DNA of 64,000 nucleotides. Source: Myxococcota bacterium. Its GTDB lineage: Bacteria; Myxococcota_A; UBA796; CAJQPC01. Both the position numbers and the translations under genes were made by a program. A model generated the notes under the pieces. It saw only the letters and a program-made list of their open reading frames with translations. It did not search any database and was not told where the DNA came from. Numbering within the stretch: the stretch's first letter is position 1; every line of letters begins with the position of its first letter. Location of the stretch: NCBI GenBank assembly GCA_036012755.1, contig DASCPX010000016.1, forward strand, positions 128,001-192,000, written 5' to 3'. Positions 35,472 through 43,437 of the stretch are shown one piece after another.

Positions 35472-36965
35472 TCAGCGCTTGGCCTTCCGAGGCTTCATGA
35501 AGGACCACTCCATCCCAGGAGCGTCAGGGTCGTCCGGAACGTCGAGCTCGTCGTCGAAGTCGCCGATGAGGTAGCGGTGGAGCGCCGCGGCGGCCTTCTT
35601 CGCCTGGCCCATCGCCAGGATGACGGTGGAGCCTCCGGTGATGGCGTCTCCGGCCGCGAACACACCCGGCTTGCTCGTGTGGCAGGTCGCCTTGTCCACC
35701 ATCACGATGCCCCAGCGGTTCGTGCGCACGTCCTTTGCGGTCTCGGCGATGAGCGGGTTCACGTTGCAGCCCAGGCTCATCACCGCCGTCTCCACGGGCA
35801 TCTCGAAGGTGCGCCCGGTGGGCACGGGCCGGCGGCGTCCGCTGTCGTCGGGCTCGGAGAGCTCCATCTCCATGCAGGTCATGGCCCGCACGAAGCCGTT
35901 GTCATCACCCAGGAACTCGACGGGGTTGCTGAGCCAGCGGAAGGCGATGCCTTCCTGCTCGGCGTGCTCGAGCTCCTCTGTCCGGGCGGGGGCCTCGGCC
36001 CTCGAGCGCCGGTAGACACAGGTCACGTTGGCACCGAGCCGTAGCCCCGTCCGCAGCACGTCCATGGCGGTGTTGCCCGCTCCGATGACCGCCATGTTCT
36101 TGCCTTGGAACAAGGGCGTCGGGGACTCGGGGAAGTTCTTGGCGTCCATCAGGAAGACACGGGTGAGGTACTCGTTGGCCGAGTAGACGCCGTTGAGGTT
36201 GGCCCCCGGGATCTTCAGCATCTTGGGGAGCCCGGCGCCTGTGGCGATGAGCACCGCGTCGTAGCCCTCCTCCTCGAGCAGGTCGTCGAGGCTGAAGGTG
36301 CGGCCGATGACCACGTTGTAGACGAACTCGACCCCCATCTCCTCGAGCATTGCCAGGTCTTCGTCCACGACCTCGAGCGGGAGCCGGAAGCGGGGGATGC
36401 CGTAGACCATCACGCCGCCGCCGCGGTGGAAGGCCTCGAAGACCGTGACCTGGTGGCCGCGACGCTGGAGCTCGTAGGCACCGGTCAGCCCCGCGGGTCC
36501 GGCCCCGACGACGGCCACCTTCTTGCCGGTCTTCTCCACCGGCTCGGGCAGCCGATCGAGGTCGTGCTCGCGCTCGTAGTCAGCCACGAAGCGCTCGACG
36601 TTTCCGATGCCGACGGGCGCGTACTTGTTGCCCACGACGCAGACCGCCTGGCACTGCTTGTCCTGGGGGCAGACGCGACCGCAGACGCCGGGCAGGAAGT
36701 TGGTCTCGCGGATGCGACGGGCGGCGCCGGCGATGTCTCCGACCTCGACCAGGCCCAGGAAGCCCGGGATGTCGATGCCCACGGGGCAGCCGATGATGCA
36801 CTTGGCCTTCTTGCACTGGATGCAGCGCAGGGACTCGTCCATGGCCGTCTCGAGCGTGTAGCCGAGGGGGACCTCGTCCCAGGTCTTGCCGCGGGCGACC
36901 GCGTCGGCCAGGGGCATCTCGTTGTGCGGCTTCTGCATCCGCTGCTTTCCGGTCAGCTCAGCCAC
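35472..36965 (-). CDS. nfnB: NfnB/SudA-like (GltD-homologous) Fe-S flavoprotein
   Basis: RCIQCKKAKCIIGCP, CGRVCPQ..C, GAGPAGL, YGIPRFRLP, GAGNTAMD, AGDAITG; adjacent to an NfnA-like gene. Confidence 0.85.
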   Translation of the reverse strand: MAELTGKQRMQKPHNEMPLADAVARGKTWDEVPLGYTLETAMDESLRCIQCKKAKCIIGCPVGIDIPGFLGLVEVGDIAGAARRIRETNFLPGVCGRVCPQDKQCQAVCVVGNKYAPVGIGNVERFVADYEREHDLDRLPEPVEKTGKKVAVVGAGPAGLTGAYELQRRGHQVTVFEAFHRGGGVMVYGIPRFRLPLEVVDEDLAMLEEMGVEFVYNVVIGRTFSLDDLLEEEGYDAVLIATGAGLPKMLKIPGANLNGVYSANEYLTRVFLMDAKNFPESPTPLFQGKNMAVIGAGNTAMDVLRTGLRLGANVTCVYRRSRAEAPARTEELEHAEQEGIAFRWLSNPVEFLGDDNGFVRAMTCMEMELSEPDDSGRRRPVPTGRTFEMPVETAVMSLGCNVNPLIAETAKDVRTNRWGIVMVDKATCHTSKPGVFAAGDAITGGSTVILAMGQAKKAAAALHRYLIGDFDDELDVPDDPDAPGMEWSFMKPRKAKR

Positions 36966-37797
36966 AGCGACACCTCCGTGCTTCTTCTTCCTGGGCCGCG
37001 AACATGCGCTGTCGTACCCGCAGTTCCTCGAAGTCGACCCCGGCTCCGTCGAAGTCCGGGCCGTGTACGCAGGCGAAGCGGGTCTCGCCCCCGACCGAGA
37101 CCCTGCAGGCCCCGCACATCCCCGTCCCGTCCAGCATGATCGCGTTGAGCGAGACCTGGCAGGGCACCTCTGCCTGCTCGCACATGCGCGTGACCGCCTC
37201 CATCATCGGGACCGGGCCCACCGCCAGCACGGAGGAGACGTTCTCCACCTCGATGAGCTGGGCCAGGGCGTGGGTGACGAAGCCCTCCGTCCCCGCGGAG
37301 CCGTCGTTGGTGGTCAAGAGGACCTCGTCGCAGGCCTCGGAGAGCTGCTCGACCATGATCAACAGGTCGGCTCGCCGCGCTCCGACGATGCCCACGACCC
37401 GGTTGCCGAGGGCTCGGAGATCCCGGGCGGTGGGGATCACGGCTCCGGTGCCGTAGCCCCCGCCGATGACCACGGAGGTGCCCTCCTCTCGGGCGACGTG
37501 AGAGCGCCGTCCGAGGGGGCCGACGACATCGGAGAAGGCGTCCCCGAGCTCCTTGTCCGTGGCCTCGAGCGAGGTCACGCCGACACCCATGATCACGAGA
37601 TCCAGGGTGCCGGCCTCTCGATCCCATCCAGCGATCGACAGGGGCATGCGCTCGGAGCCGGTGTTGGGGCGCACGATGACGAACTGCCCCGCTTCGATCT
37701 TGCGGGCGACCAGTGGCGCCGAGATCCGGAAGAAGACGGTGCCGGGACAGAGCTCGCGGCGTTGCAGGATGGTGTGGCGACGTTCGTAGGGGGTCAT
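36958..37797 (-). CDS. nfnA: NfnA/SudB-like FAD/NAD-binding [2Fe-2S] subunit
   Basis: AGQFVIVR, ERMPLSI, GPLG, GGGYG, MLDGTGMCGACRV..CVHGPDFD; ATG 37797. Confidence 0.87.
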   Translation of the reverse strand: MTPYERRHTILQRRELCPGTVFFRISAPLVARKIEAGQFVIVRPNTGSERMPLSIAGWDREAGTLDLVIMGVGVTSLEATDKELGDAFSDVVGPLGRRSHVAREEGTSVVIGGGYGTGAVIPTARDLRALGNRVVGIVGARRADLLIMVEQLSEACDEVLLTTNDGSAGTEGFVTHALAQLIEVENVSSVLAVGPVPMMEAVTRMCEQAEVPCQVSLNAIMLDGTGMCGACRVSVGGETRFACVHGPDFDGAGVDFEELRVRQRMFAAQEEEARRCRCG

Positions 37798-37859
37798 GGG
37801 CTCGCCTATATCCCCGATCCGTGAGCCCGTTGGCCACAGATCAGGCTTCTTCGGGTCTG

Positions 37860-39296
37860 TCAGCTCGCCAGGGCTGCGAGCAGGTCCACCAGGAAGAGGT
37901 AGGTCCTGCCCACGGAGGGCAGGTGCAAGCGCTCTTCTGGGCTGTGGGGGTACTGGATCGTCGGACCGAAGGAGATCATGTCCATGCCCGGGCAGTGCTG
38001 GCCGAGGACCCCGCACTCGAGCCCTGCATGGATCGCCTCGACCACTGGCTCTTCGCCGGAGCGCTCGAGATGGACCGCCTTGCAGCGAGCCAGGAGCGGG
38101 GAGTCCAGGTTCGGCTCCCAGCCGGGGTAGCCCTCGTCGGTCACGGCCACCGCTCCGAGCGCGGCGGAGATGCCCTCGATGCGCTCGCAGAGGGCGTCCA
38201 GGTCGGCCCGGACCGAGCTGCGCTGGCTGCTGACGATGGCGGCGTGCCCGGTCTCCGGGTCGGCGGTGACAGTGGCCATGTTGTTGGAGGTCTCGACCAG
38301 TCCAGCGATGGCCTTGGAGAAGGCGGCAACGCCGTGGGGGAGCTCCGACAGCAGAGCCACGAGGGACTGCTGGGAAGCCGGAGTCATCAGCACCCCGACC
38401 GGGCGCTCCACGATCTCCAGAGAGAGCCGCAGGCCAGGCTCGTCCTCTCCGTGCTCGGCGAGCAGCTCGGCCTGGAGCGTCGCGAGTCGTGCCCGCACCG
38501 CCGCCGGGTCGGCCACGCAGACCATCGCCTCGGCGTCCCGGGGGATGGCGTTGTGGGCCGTGCCGCCCTCCAGGCTGGCAGCGCGGACACCGTCGAGGTC
38601 CCGGAGCACCATCGCCAGGGTCTTGTTCGCGCTGACCCTGGGCTCGTGGATGTCCACCCCCGAGTGCCCCCCGCGCAGGCCGTGGACCCGCAGCCGGTGA
38701 AGCGAGCCGGTGGCCGCCTCCCAGGTCAGGGCCAGGGTGATGTCCGTCTGGCGCCCCCCGGCGCAGCCCACCGTCAGGACCCCCTCGGTCTCCGAGTCGA
38801 TGTTCAAGAGCGTGCGCCCTGTCAGCATCGAGGGATCGAGCTCGGTGGCGCCGGTGAGCCCGGTCTCCTCGTCGACCGTGAACAACAGCTCCAGCGGAGG
38901 ATGCACGGTCTCGGGATCGCTGAGGATCGCCAGCGCCATCGCGATCGCGATGCCGTTGTCCGCTCCGAGCGTCGTGCGGTCCGCGCACAGCCAGTCCCCC
39001 TCTCGTCGCAGGACCAGGGGCTCCGTCGCGGGGTCGACCTCGCTGTCGGGGGTGCGCTCGCAGACCATGTCCATGTGTCCCTGGAGCACCACCGCTGGCG
39101 CCTGCTCCTGGCCCGGGCTCCCGGGGGCGATGATCACCAGGTTGCCGATCGCGTCGCGACGGGTGGCCAGGTCACGCTCGGCTGCCCAGCTCTCCAGCCA
39201 GGCGGCGACTCGTTCTTCGCCTCCTGAGGGACGGGGAATTCGCGTGAGGGGCTCGAACCAGCGGAGCACCTGGGCAGTGGGATCAGATGTGGCCAA
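37860..39296 (-). CDS. pepD: Aminoacyl-histidine dipeptidase (M20C)
   Basis: IPRPSGGE, LQGHMDMV, TLGADNG, VDEETG, NIDSE, GGHSG, IHAGLECG, HSPEE. Confidence 0.93.
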   Translation of the reverse strand: MATSDPTAQVLRWFEPLTRIPRPSGGEERVAAWLESWAAERDLATRRDAIGNLVIIAPGSPGQEQAPAVVLQGHMDMVCERTPDSEVDPATEPLVLRREGDWLCADRTTLGADNGIAIAMALAILSDPETVHPPLELLFTVDEETGLTGATELDPSMLTGRTLLNIDSETEGVLTVGCAGGRQTDITLALTWEAATGSLHRLRVHGLRGGHSGVDIHEPRVSANKTLAMVLRDLDGVRAASLEGGTAHNAIPRDAEAMVCVADPAAVRARLATLQAELLAEHGEDEPGLRLSLEIVERPVGVLMTPASQQSLVALLSELPHGVAAFSKAIAGLVETSNNMATVTADPETGHAAIVSSQRSSVRADLDALCERIEGISAALGAVAVTDEGYPGWEPNLDSPLLARCKAVHLERSGEEPVVEAIHAGLECGVLGQHCPGMDMISFGPTIQYPHSPEERLHLPSVGRTYLFLVDLLAALAS

Positions 39297-39337
39297 GGGT
39301 CACCTCCGAGCCCCCATAGCGTGGTTACCTTCGAGTC

Positions 39338-40300
39338 GTGCTCTTGCTGTTGCTCGCATGTGTCGCCAGCGGAACCACCTGGGTCGAGGTCGCCTCGCCC
39401 GCGCTCGATGCGGATCAGCAGCTGGCGCTCGAGCGGCTGAACCGCGTGCGCTCGGACCCCCCGAGCTGCGTCGACGACTTCGAGGCCCTCTTCGAGGAGG
39501 AGGAGGCCCGCAGTCCTCGACAGTGTGACGACAGCCTGCGGTCCACCGTGGGGCCGCTGCGCAAGGCCGAGTCCCGTCCCCCTCTGGCGCCGGTGAGCGC
39601 GCTGGTCGAGGTCGCAGAGGCCCACGCCACGGCCATGGCCACCGGCGGCTGGTTCAACCACGTCGATCCCCAGGGGATCGGCCCCAACGAGCGCCTCCGC
39701 CGGGCGGGGGTCGCCCTGGATGTGCGCGTGCCCTCCGACGGACGCGTGTACCTGTACGGGGCCGGGCAGCGGGACAACCAGGTGGAGTCGCTCTACTCCC
39801 GGTCGGCCTTCACCACCGGCGAGGTGGGCGATCCCGAGCTTCACGAGTGGTCCTCTGGCATCGACTCGCTGATCGTCGATCGCTGCGTGAACGGCCGGGG
39901 TCATCGGGACCACGTCCTCGGTCGCACCGTCCTCTCCGAGCAGGACCGCGAGGTCGGCATCGGCACGGCGACGGCGCTCGCCCAGCACCCCACCGATCCA
40001 CGCTTTGGCGGCTGGACCCTCCGGCTGGTGGTGCTCACCCGGGCTCGACTCGAGGGTGACTTCTTCCTGGTGGGATCGGTCTTTTCGGACAAGGACGGCG
40101 ACGGCCGCTACTCCGCCGGAGAGGGCCTCGGGGACGTGCTCGTGGAACTCGCCGAGCTCTCCATCCGCACAAGGACCGCCCCAGGCGGCGGCTTCGTGAT
40201 CCCCGTGCCCGACGGGACCCGCGGGACCCTCAGCGCCCAGACCACCTCTGTGGAGGTCGAGGTCTCCGGCGCCAACCTGTCGGTGCCGCTTCCGCTCTGA
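39338..40300 (+). CDS. CAP (SCP/PR-1)-domain lipoprotein
   Basis: MLLLLLAC; LNRVR, AEAHATAM..FNH, GHRDHVL, EVGIG. Confidence 0.78.
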   Translation: MLLLLLACVASGTTWVEVASPALDADQQLALERLNRVRSDPPSCVDDFEALFEEEEARSPRQCDDSLRSTVGPLRKAESRPPLAPVSALVEVAEAHATAMATGGWFNHVDPQGIGPNERLRRAGVALDVRVPSDGRVYLYGAGQRDNQVESLYSRSAFTTGEVGDPELHEWSSGIDSLIVDRCVNGRGHRDHVLGRTVLSEQDREVGIGTATALAQHPTDPRFGGWTLRLVVLTRARLEGDFFLVGSVFSDKDGDGRYSAGEGLGDVLVELAELSIRTRTAPGGGFVIPVPDGTRGTLSAQTTSVEVEVSGANLSVPLPL

Positions 40301-40496
40301 GGCCCGCGACGATCCACGCCTGTCGGCATCCCGACGTCAGCGACGGCAGCGGTGAGATCGACCAGGGTGCGGCGCCCTAGAGGGCCCAGACGCCGCCCGC
40401 CTCGCTGGCGCTGCCGTCCTCTAGGGGAGCGCTGGCCACGAGCTCGTCGAGGCCGCCGGCTTCCCCGCTGCCGCGATCGAGCGAGACGCCGTCGAG

Positions 40497-40853
40497 GTGC
40501 CCGAGCACGCCTTCTCCCACTTCCTCTTCAGCGGAGACAAGCCGTGGATGAGCCTGGTGGCGACCCGGACCCACAAGTACGTGCGCTACTACCGGAGCTC
40601 CAGCTCCACGGTCTTCGACACGGAGCTCTACGACACGGACAACGATCCCTGGGAGAGCTCCTCGGTCGCGGACGACCCGAGCTACGCAACCCTCGCGTCC
40701 GAGCTCGACTCGGCCCTCGAGGAGCACCTCGCGGCCATGATGGAGCCCCTCTTCCCGGTGGATCGGAACCAGATCACCTGGGAGCCGGCCGAGGCGATCG
40801 ATCTCAGGCTGGATTCGGATACAAACCCCCGATGGCCCCAAACGCCGAGCTGA
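40497..40853 (+). pseudogene. Probable C-terminal remnant of a sulfatase
   Basis: HKYVRY...ELYDTDNDPWE..VADDPSYA..ASEL resembles the sulfatase C-terminus; no CxPxR motif or upstream body. Confidence 0.5.
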
Positions 40854-41566
40854 CCACGCCCTGGGTCGTCGTCTCCTTCCTCATCAGAGGTGTCGCCATC
40901 GCCTCGGTCTCCCTGGCGCTGGCTGGCCTCGCGATGAACTTCCCGTGGCGGGAGCACGCCGGTCTCGGAGCCGGGATGGCGGCCCTGAGCCTGGCGGCTG
41001 TCGGCTTGCTGGTCTTCGTGCTGCTGTACTTCGGCGAGTCCCGATGGGTCTCTGCTGGCTGGCTGGTGCTCTCCTTCGGTGTCGGCGTCGCCGGCGCCTT
41101 CGCGATGGACAGCGTGTCCGAGCAGCACATCCAGCTCGCCGAGCACACCGCAGAGGGCATGAGCCGGCGGCTCACCGGCCGGGTGATCGAGACCCGAGGT
41201 CTCGACTGGCTCCCCGCTGGTACCTCGTGCACGGTCGTGGTCGAGGGCAGCCCGGGACTCGTCAAGTGGACCGAAATAGGCTGGTCTCAGCCCTCCTCCG
41301 ATGACCCGGAGCACCTCGGCCCCTGCCGCGTCCAGGTCCTCTGCGCCGAGGCGACCCTCTACGGGGCGGGGACGGCCGGCTACCTGCGGACCTGCGTCCT
41401 CGGAGACGACGCCTCGCTCGAGGCCCGGGACACCGAGGGCGTGGCCACTGACAGCGACCCCGTCATGAGCCTGTCGACGACGGCGGGCCATCTCGAGGTG
41501 CAGGACGACAGCCAGGGCGGAGCGGCCCCCTACGCCGTGGTGATAGCGCTCGAGCAGTCCCCTTGA
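40832..41566 (+). CDS. Membrane protein (3 TM plus soluble domain)
   Basis: ATG 40832; hydrophobic segments; TTGA overlap with uvrC. Confidence 0.65.
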   Translation: MAPNAELTTPWVVVSFLIRGVAIASVSLALAGLAMNFPWREHAGLGAGMAALSLAAVGLLVFVLLYFGESRWVSAGWLVLSFGVGVAGAFAMDSVSEQHIQLAEHTAEGMSRRLTGRVIETRGLDWLPAGTSCTVVVEGSPGLVKWTEIGWSQPSSDDPEHLGPCRVQVLCAEATLYGAGTAGYLRTCVLGDDASLEARDTEGVATDSDPVMSLSTTAGHLEVQDDSQGGAAPYAVVIALEQSP

Positions 41567-43377
41567 GCCTGGAGCGCCAGGCCGCTGAGTTGCCCAGGCA
41601 CAGCGGCGTCTACCTCTTTCGGGACGCCGAGAGCGCCGTGCTCTACGTCGGCAAGGCCAAGGACCTGCGCGCGCGAGTCCGCCAGTACCTCTCGGGCCAG
41701 GACGAGCGCTTCATGGTGCGCTTCCTCGTCGAGCAGTCCCAGAGCGTCGATGTCGTGCTGACGGACACGGAGAAGGAGGCGCTGATCCTCGAGAACACCC
41801 TGATCAAGCAGCATCGGCCGCCGTACAACGTCAAGCTTCGAGACGACAAGAACTTCCTCCACATCCGCATCGACCCCCGAGTGCAGTGGCCGATGTTCAC
41901 GATGGTGCGCCGCATCCGGGCCGACGGAGCGAAGACCTTCGGCCCATACTCATCGGCCCAGAAGGCCAGGCGGACACTGGCTTTCTTGCAGCGCAGCTTC
42001 CCACTGCGGACCTGCAGCGACGCGGTGCTGAGGTCTCGTCGGAAGCCCTGTCTGCTCCACCAGATGAGCCGCTGCGTCGCTCCCTGCGTGGAGGGCCACA
42101 CCACCCCCGAGCGGTACCAGGGCCTCGTCGAAGAGGCGACGCTGGTGCTGTCGGGTCGACGCCAGGACGCCCTTCTGCTGGTCCGAAGCCGCATGCGGGC
42201 CGCCGCCGAGGCCGAGGTCTTCGAGGAGGCCGCGCGCCTGCGGGACCTCGCTCGGGAGATCGAGGCGACCCTGGAGCGGCAGAAGGTGGTCGACCGCAAG
42301 CTCTCCAACCGAGACGTGTGGGGGGTCTTCCGAGAGGGTGACCTCGGCGCCATCGCGGTCTTGCCCGTGCGCGGCGGCATGCTCCGGGAGCCCTGGTTCC
42401 TGAGCATCCGCGGCGAGCCGGGGCCGCTGCCAGAGTGCCTGTCGGGCTGGTTGATGGCCGCCTACTCCGACGGGGGAGCACCGCCAGAGGTCCTGCTGCC
42501 CGAGCTCCCCGAAGAACACGAGGTCCTCTTGGAGCTCCTTCGCGAGGCCCGCGGCGGACGCCTCGCCCTCGTCGTCCCTCTTCGCGGCGACAAGAGGAGG
42601 CTCCTGGAGCTCGCCGAGGCCAACGCGCGGGATCGCTTTCGCCGAGAGGTGGACGAGGGACAGCGCCGCCACAAGACCCTGTCCGAGCTCGCGGACCTCG
42701 TCGGCCTCGACGCTCCCCCGCACCGGATCGAGTGCGTCGACAACAGCAACATCCAGGGTCACGACCCTGTCGCCAGCTGTGTGGTCTTCCTCGACGGCAG
42801 ACCTGCCAAGAAGGAGTACCGCCACTACCGCATCAAGACGGTCATCGGGCCGGACGACTACGCCTCGATGAAGGAGGTGCTCACCCGCCGCTTCACCCGA
42901 GCTGCCAGAGAGGGCCTGTTCCCCGATCTGTTGGTCGTCGACGGCGGAAGAGGACAGCTCGGAGTCGCGCTCGACGTGCTGTCCGAGCTCGGACTCGAGG
43001 ACCAGGCGGTGGTGGGCCTCGCCAAGCCCCGGGCCGAGCGCCTTCGAGGCGAGACCGACGCGGTCGACAAGATCCTGGTCCCCGGCGTCGACGAGCTCGT
43101 CCGCCTGCCCGACAACAGCCCGGTGCTCAACCTGCTGCGCCACCTCCGCGACGAGTCCCACCGCTTCGCCATCGCGTTTCACCGTCGCTCACGGCGGGTC
43201 TCTACGCTGAGGAGCAAGCTCGACGGCATCCCGGGTGTGGGCCCACGCCGCCGAAAGGCCCTGCTGACCCACTTCGGGAGCATGAAGAAGGTGGCCGCCG
43301 CCAGCGCCGAGGAGATCGCCGGCTGCCCGGGCATCGGGCCCGCGCTTGCGGCGGAGATCAACAAGTCGCTGGCATGA
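41563..43377 (+). CDS. uvrC: Excinuclease ABC subunit C
   Basis: GVYLF..YVGKAKDLR, EALILE..IKQHRPPYN, RIECVDNS, DDYASM, VDGGRGQ, RDESHRFA, HhH. Confidence 0.97.
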   Translation: MSLERQAAELPRHSGVYLFRDAESAVLYVGKAKDLRARVRQYLSGQDERFMVRFLVEQSQSVDVVLTDTEKEALILENTLIKQHRPPYNVKLRDDKNFLHIRIDPRVQWPMFTMVRRIRADGAKTFGPYSSAQKARRTLAFLQRSFPLRTCSDAVLRSRRKPCLLHQMSRCVAPCVEGHTTPERYQGLVEEATLVLSGRRQDALLLVRSRMRAAAEAEVFEEAARLRDLAREIEATLERQKVVDRKLSNRDVWGVFREGDLGAIAVLPVRGGMLREPWFLSIRGEPGPLPECLSGWLMAAYSDGGAPPEVLLPELPEEHEVLLELLREARGGRLALVVPLRGDKRRLLELAEANARDRFRREVDEGQRRHKTLSELADLVGLDAPPHRIECVDNSNIQGHDPVASCVVFLDGRPAKKEYRHYRIKTVIGPDDYASMKEVLTRRFTRAAREGLFPDLLVVDGGRGQLGVALDVLSELGLEDQAVVGLAKPRAERLRGETDAVDKILVPGVDELVRLPDNSPVLNLLRHLRDESHRFAIAFHRRSRRVSTLRSKLDGIPGVGPRRRKALLTHFGSMKKVAAASAEEIAGCPGIGPALAAEINKSLA

Positions 43378-43437
43378 GTCCAGATTCGGTCACCGTCCGC
43401 GTTTGGTGGATCGGTGAGGCCCTTTCGGGCTCCCCGG

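Noticed and set aside
35472..36965. Glutamate synthase small subunit (gltD)
   Set aside because: No gltB nearby; the overlapping NfnA/SudB-like gene fits NfnAB better
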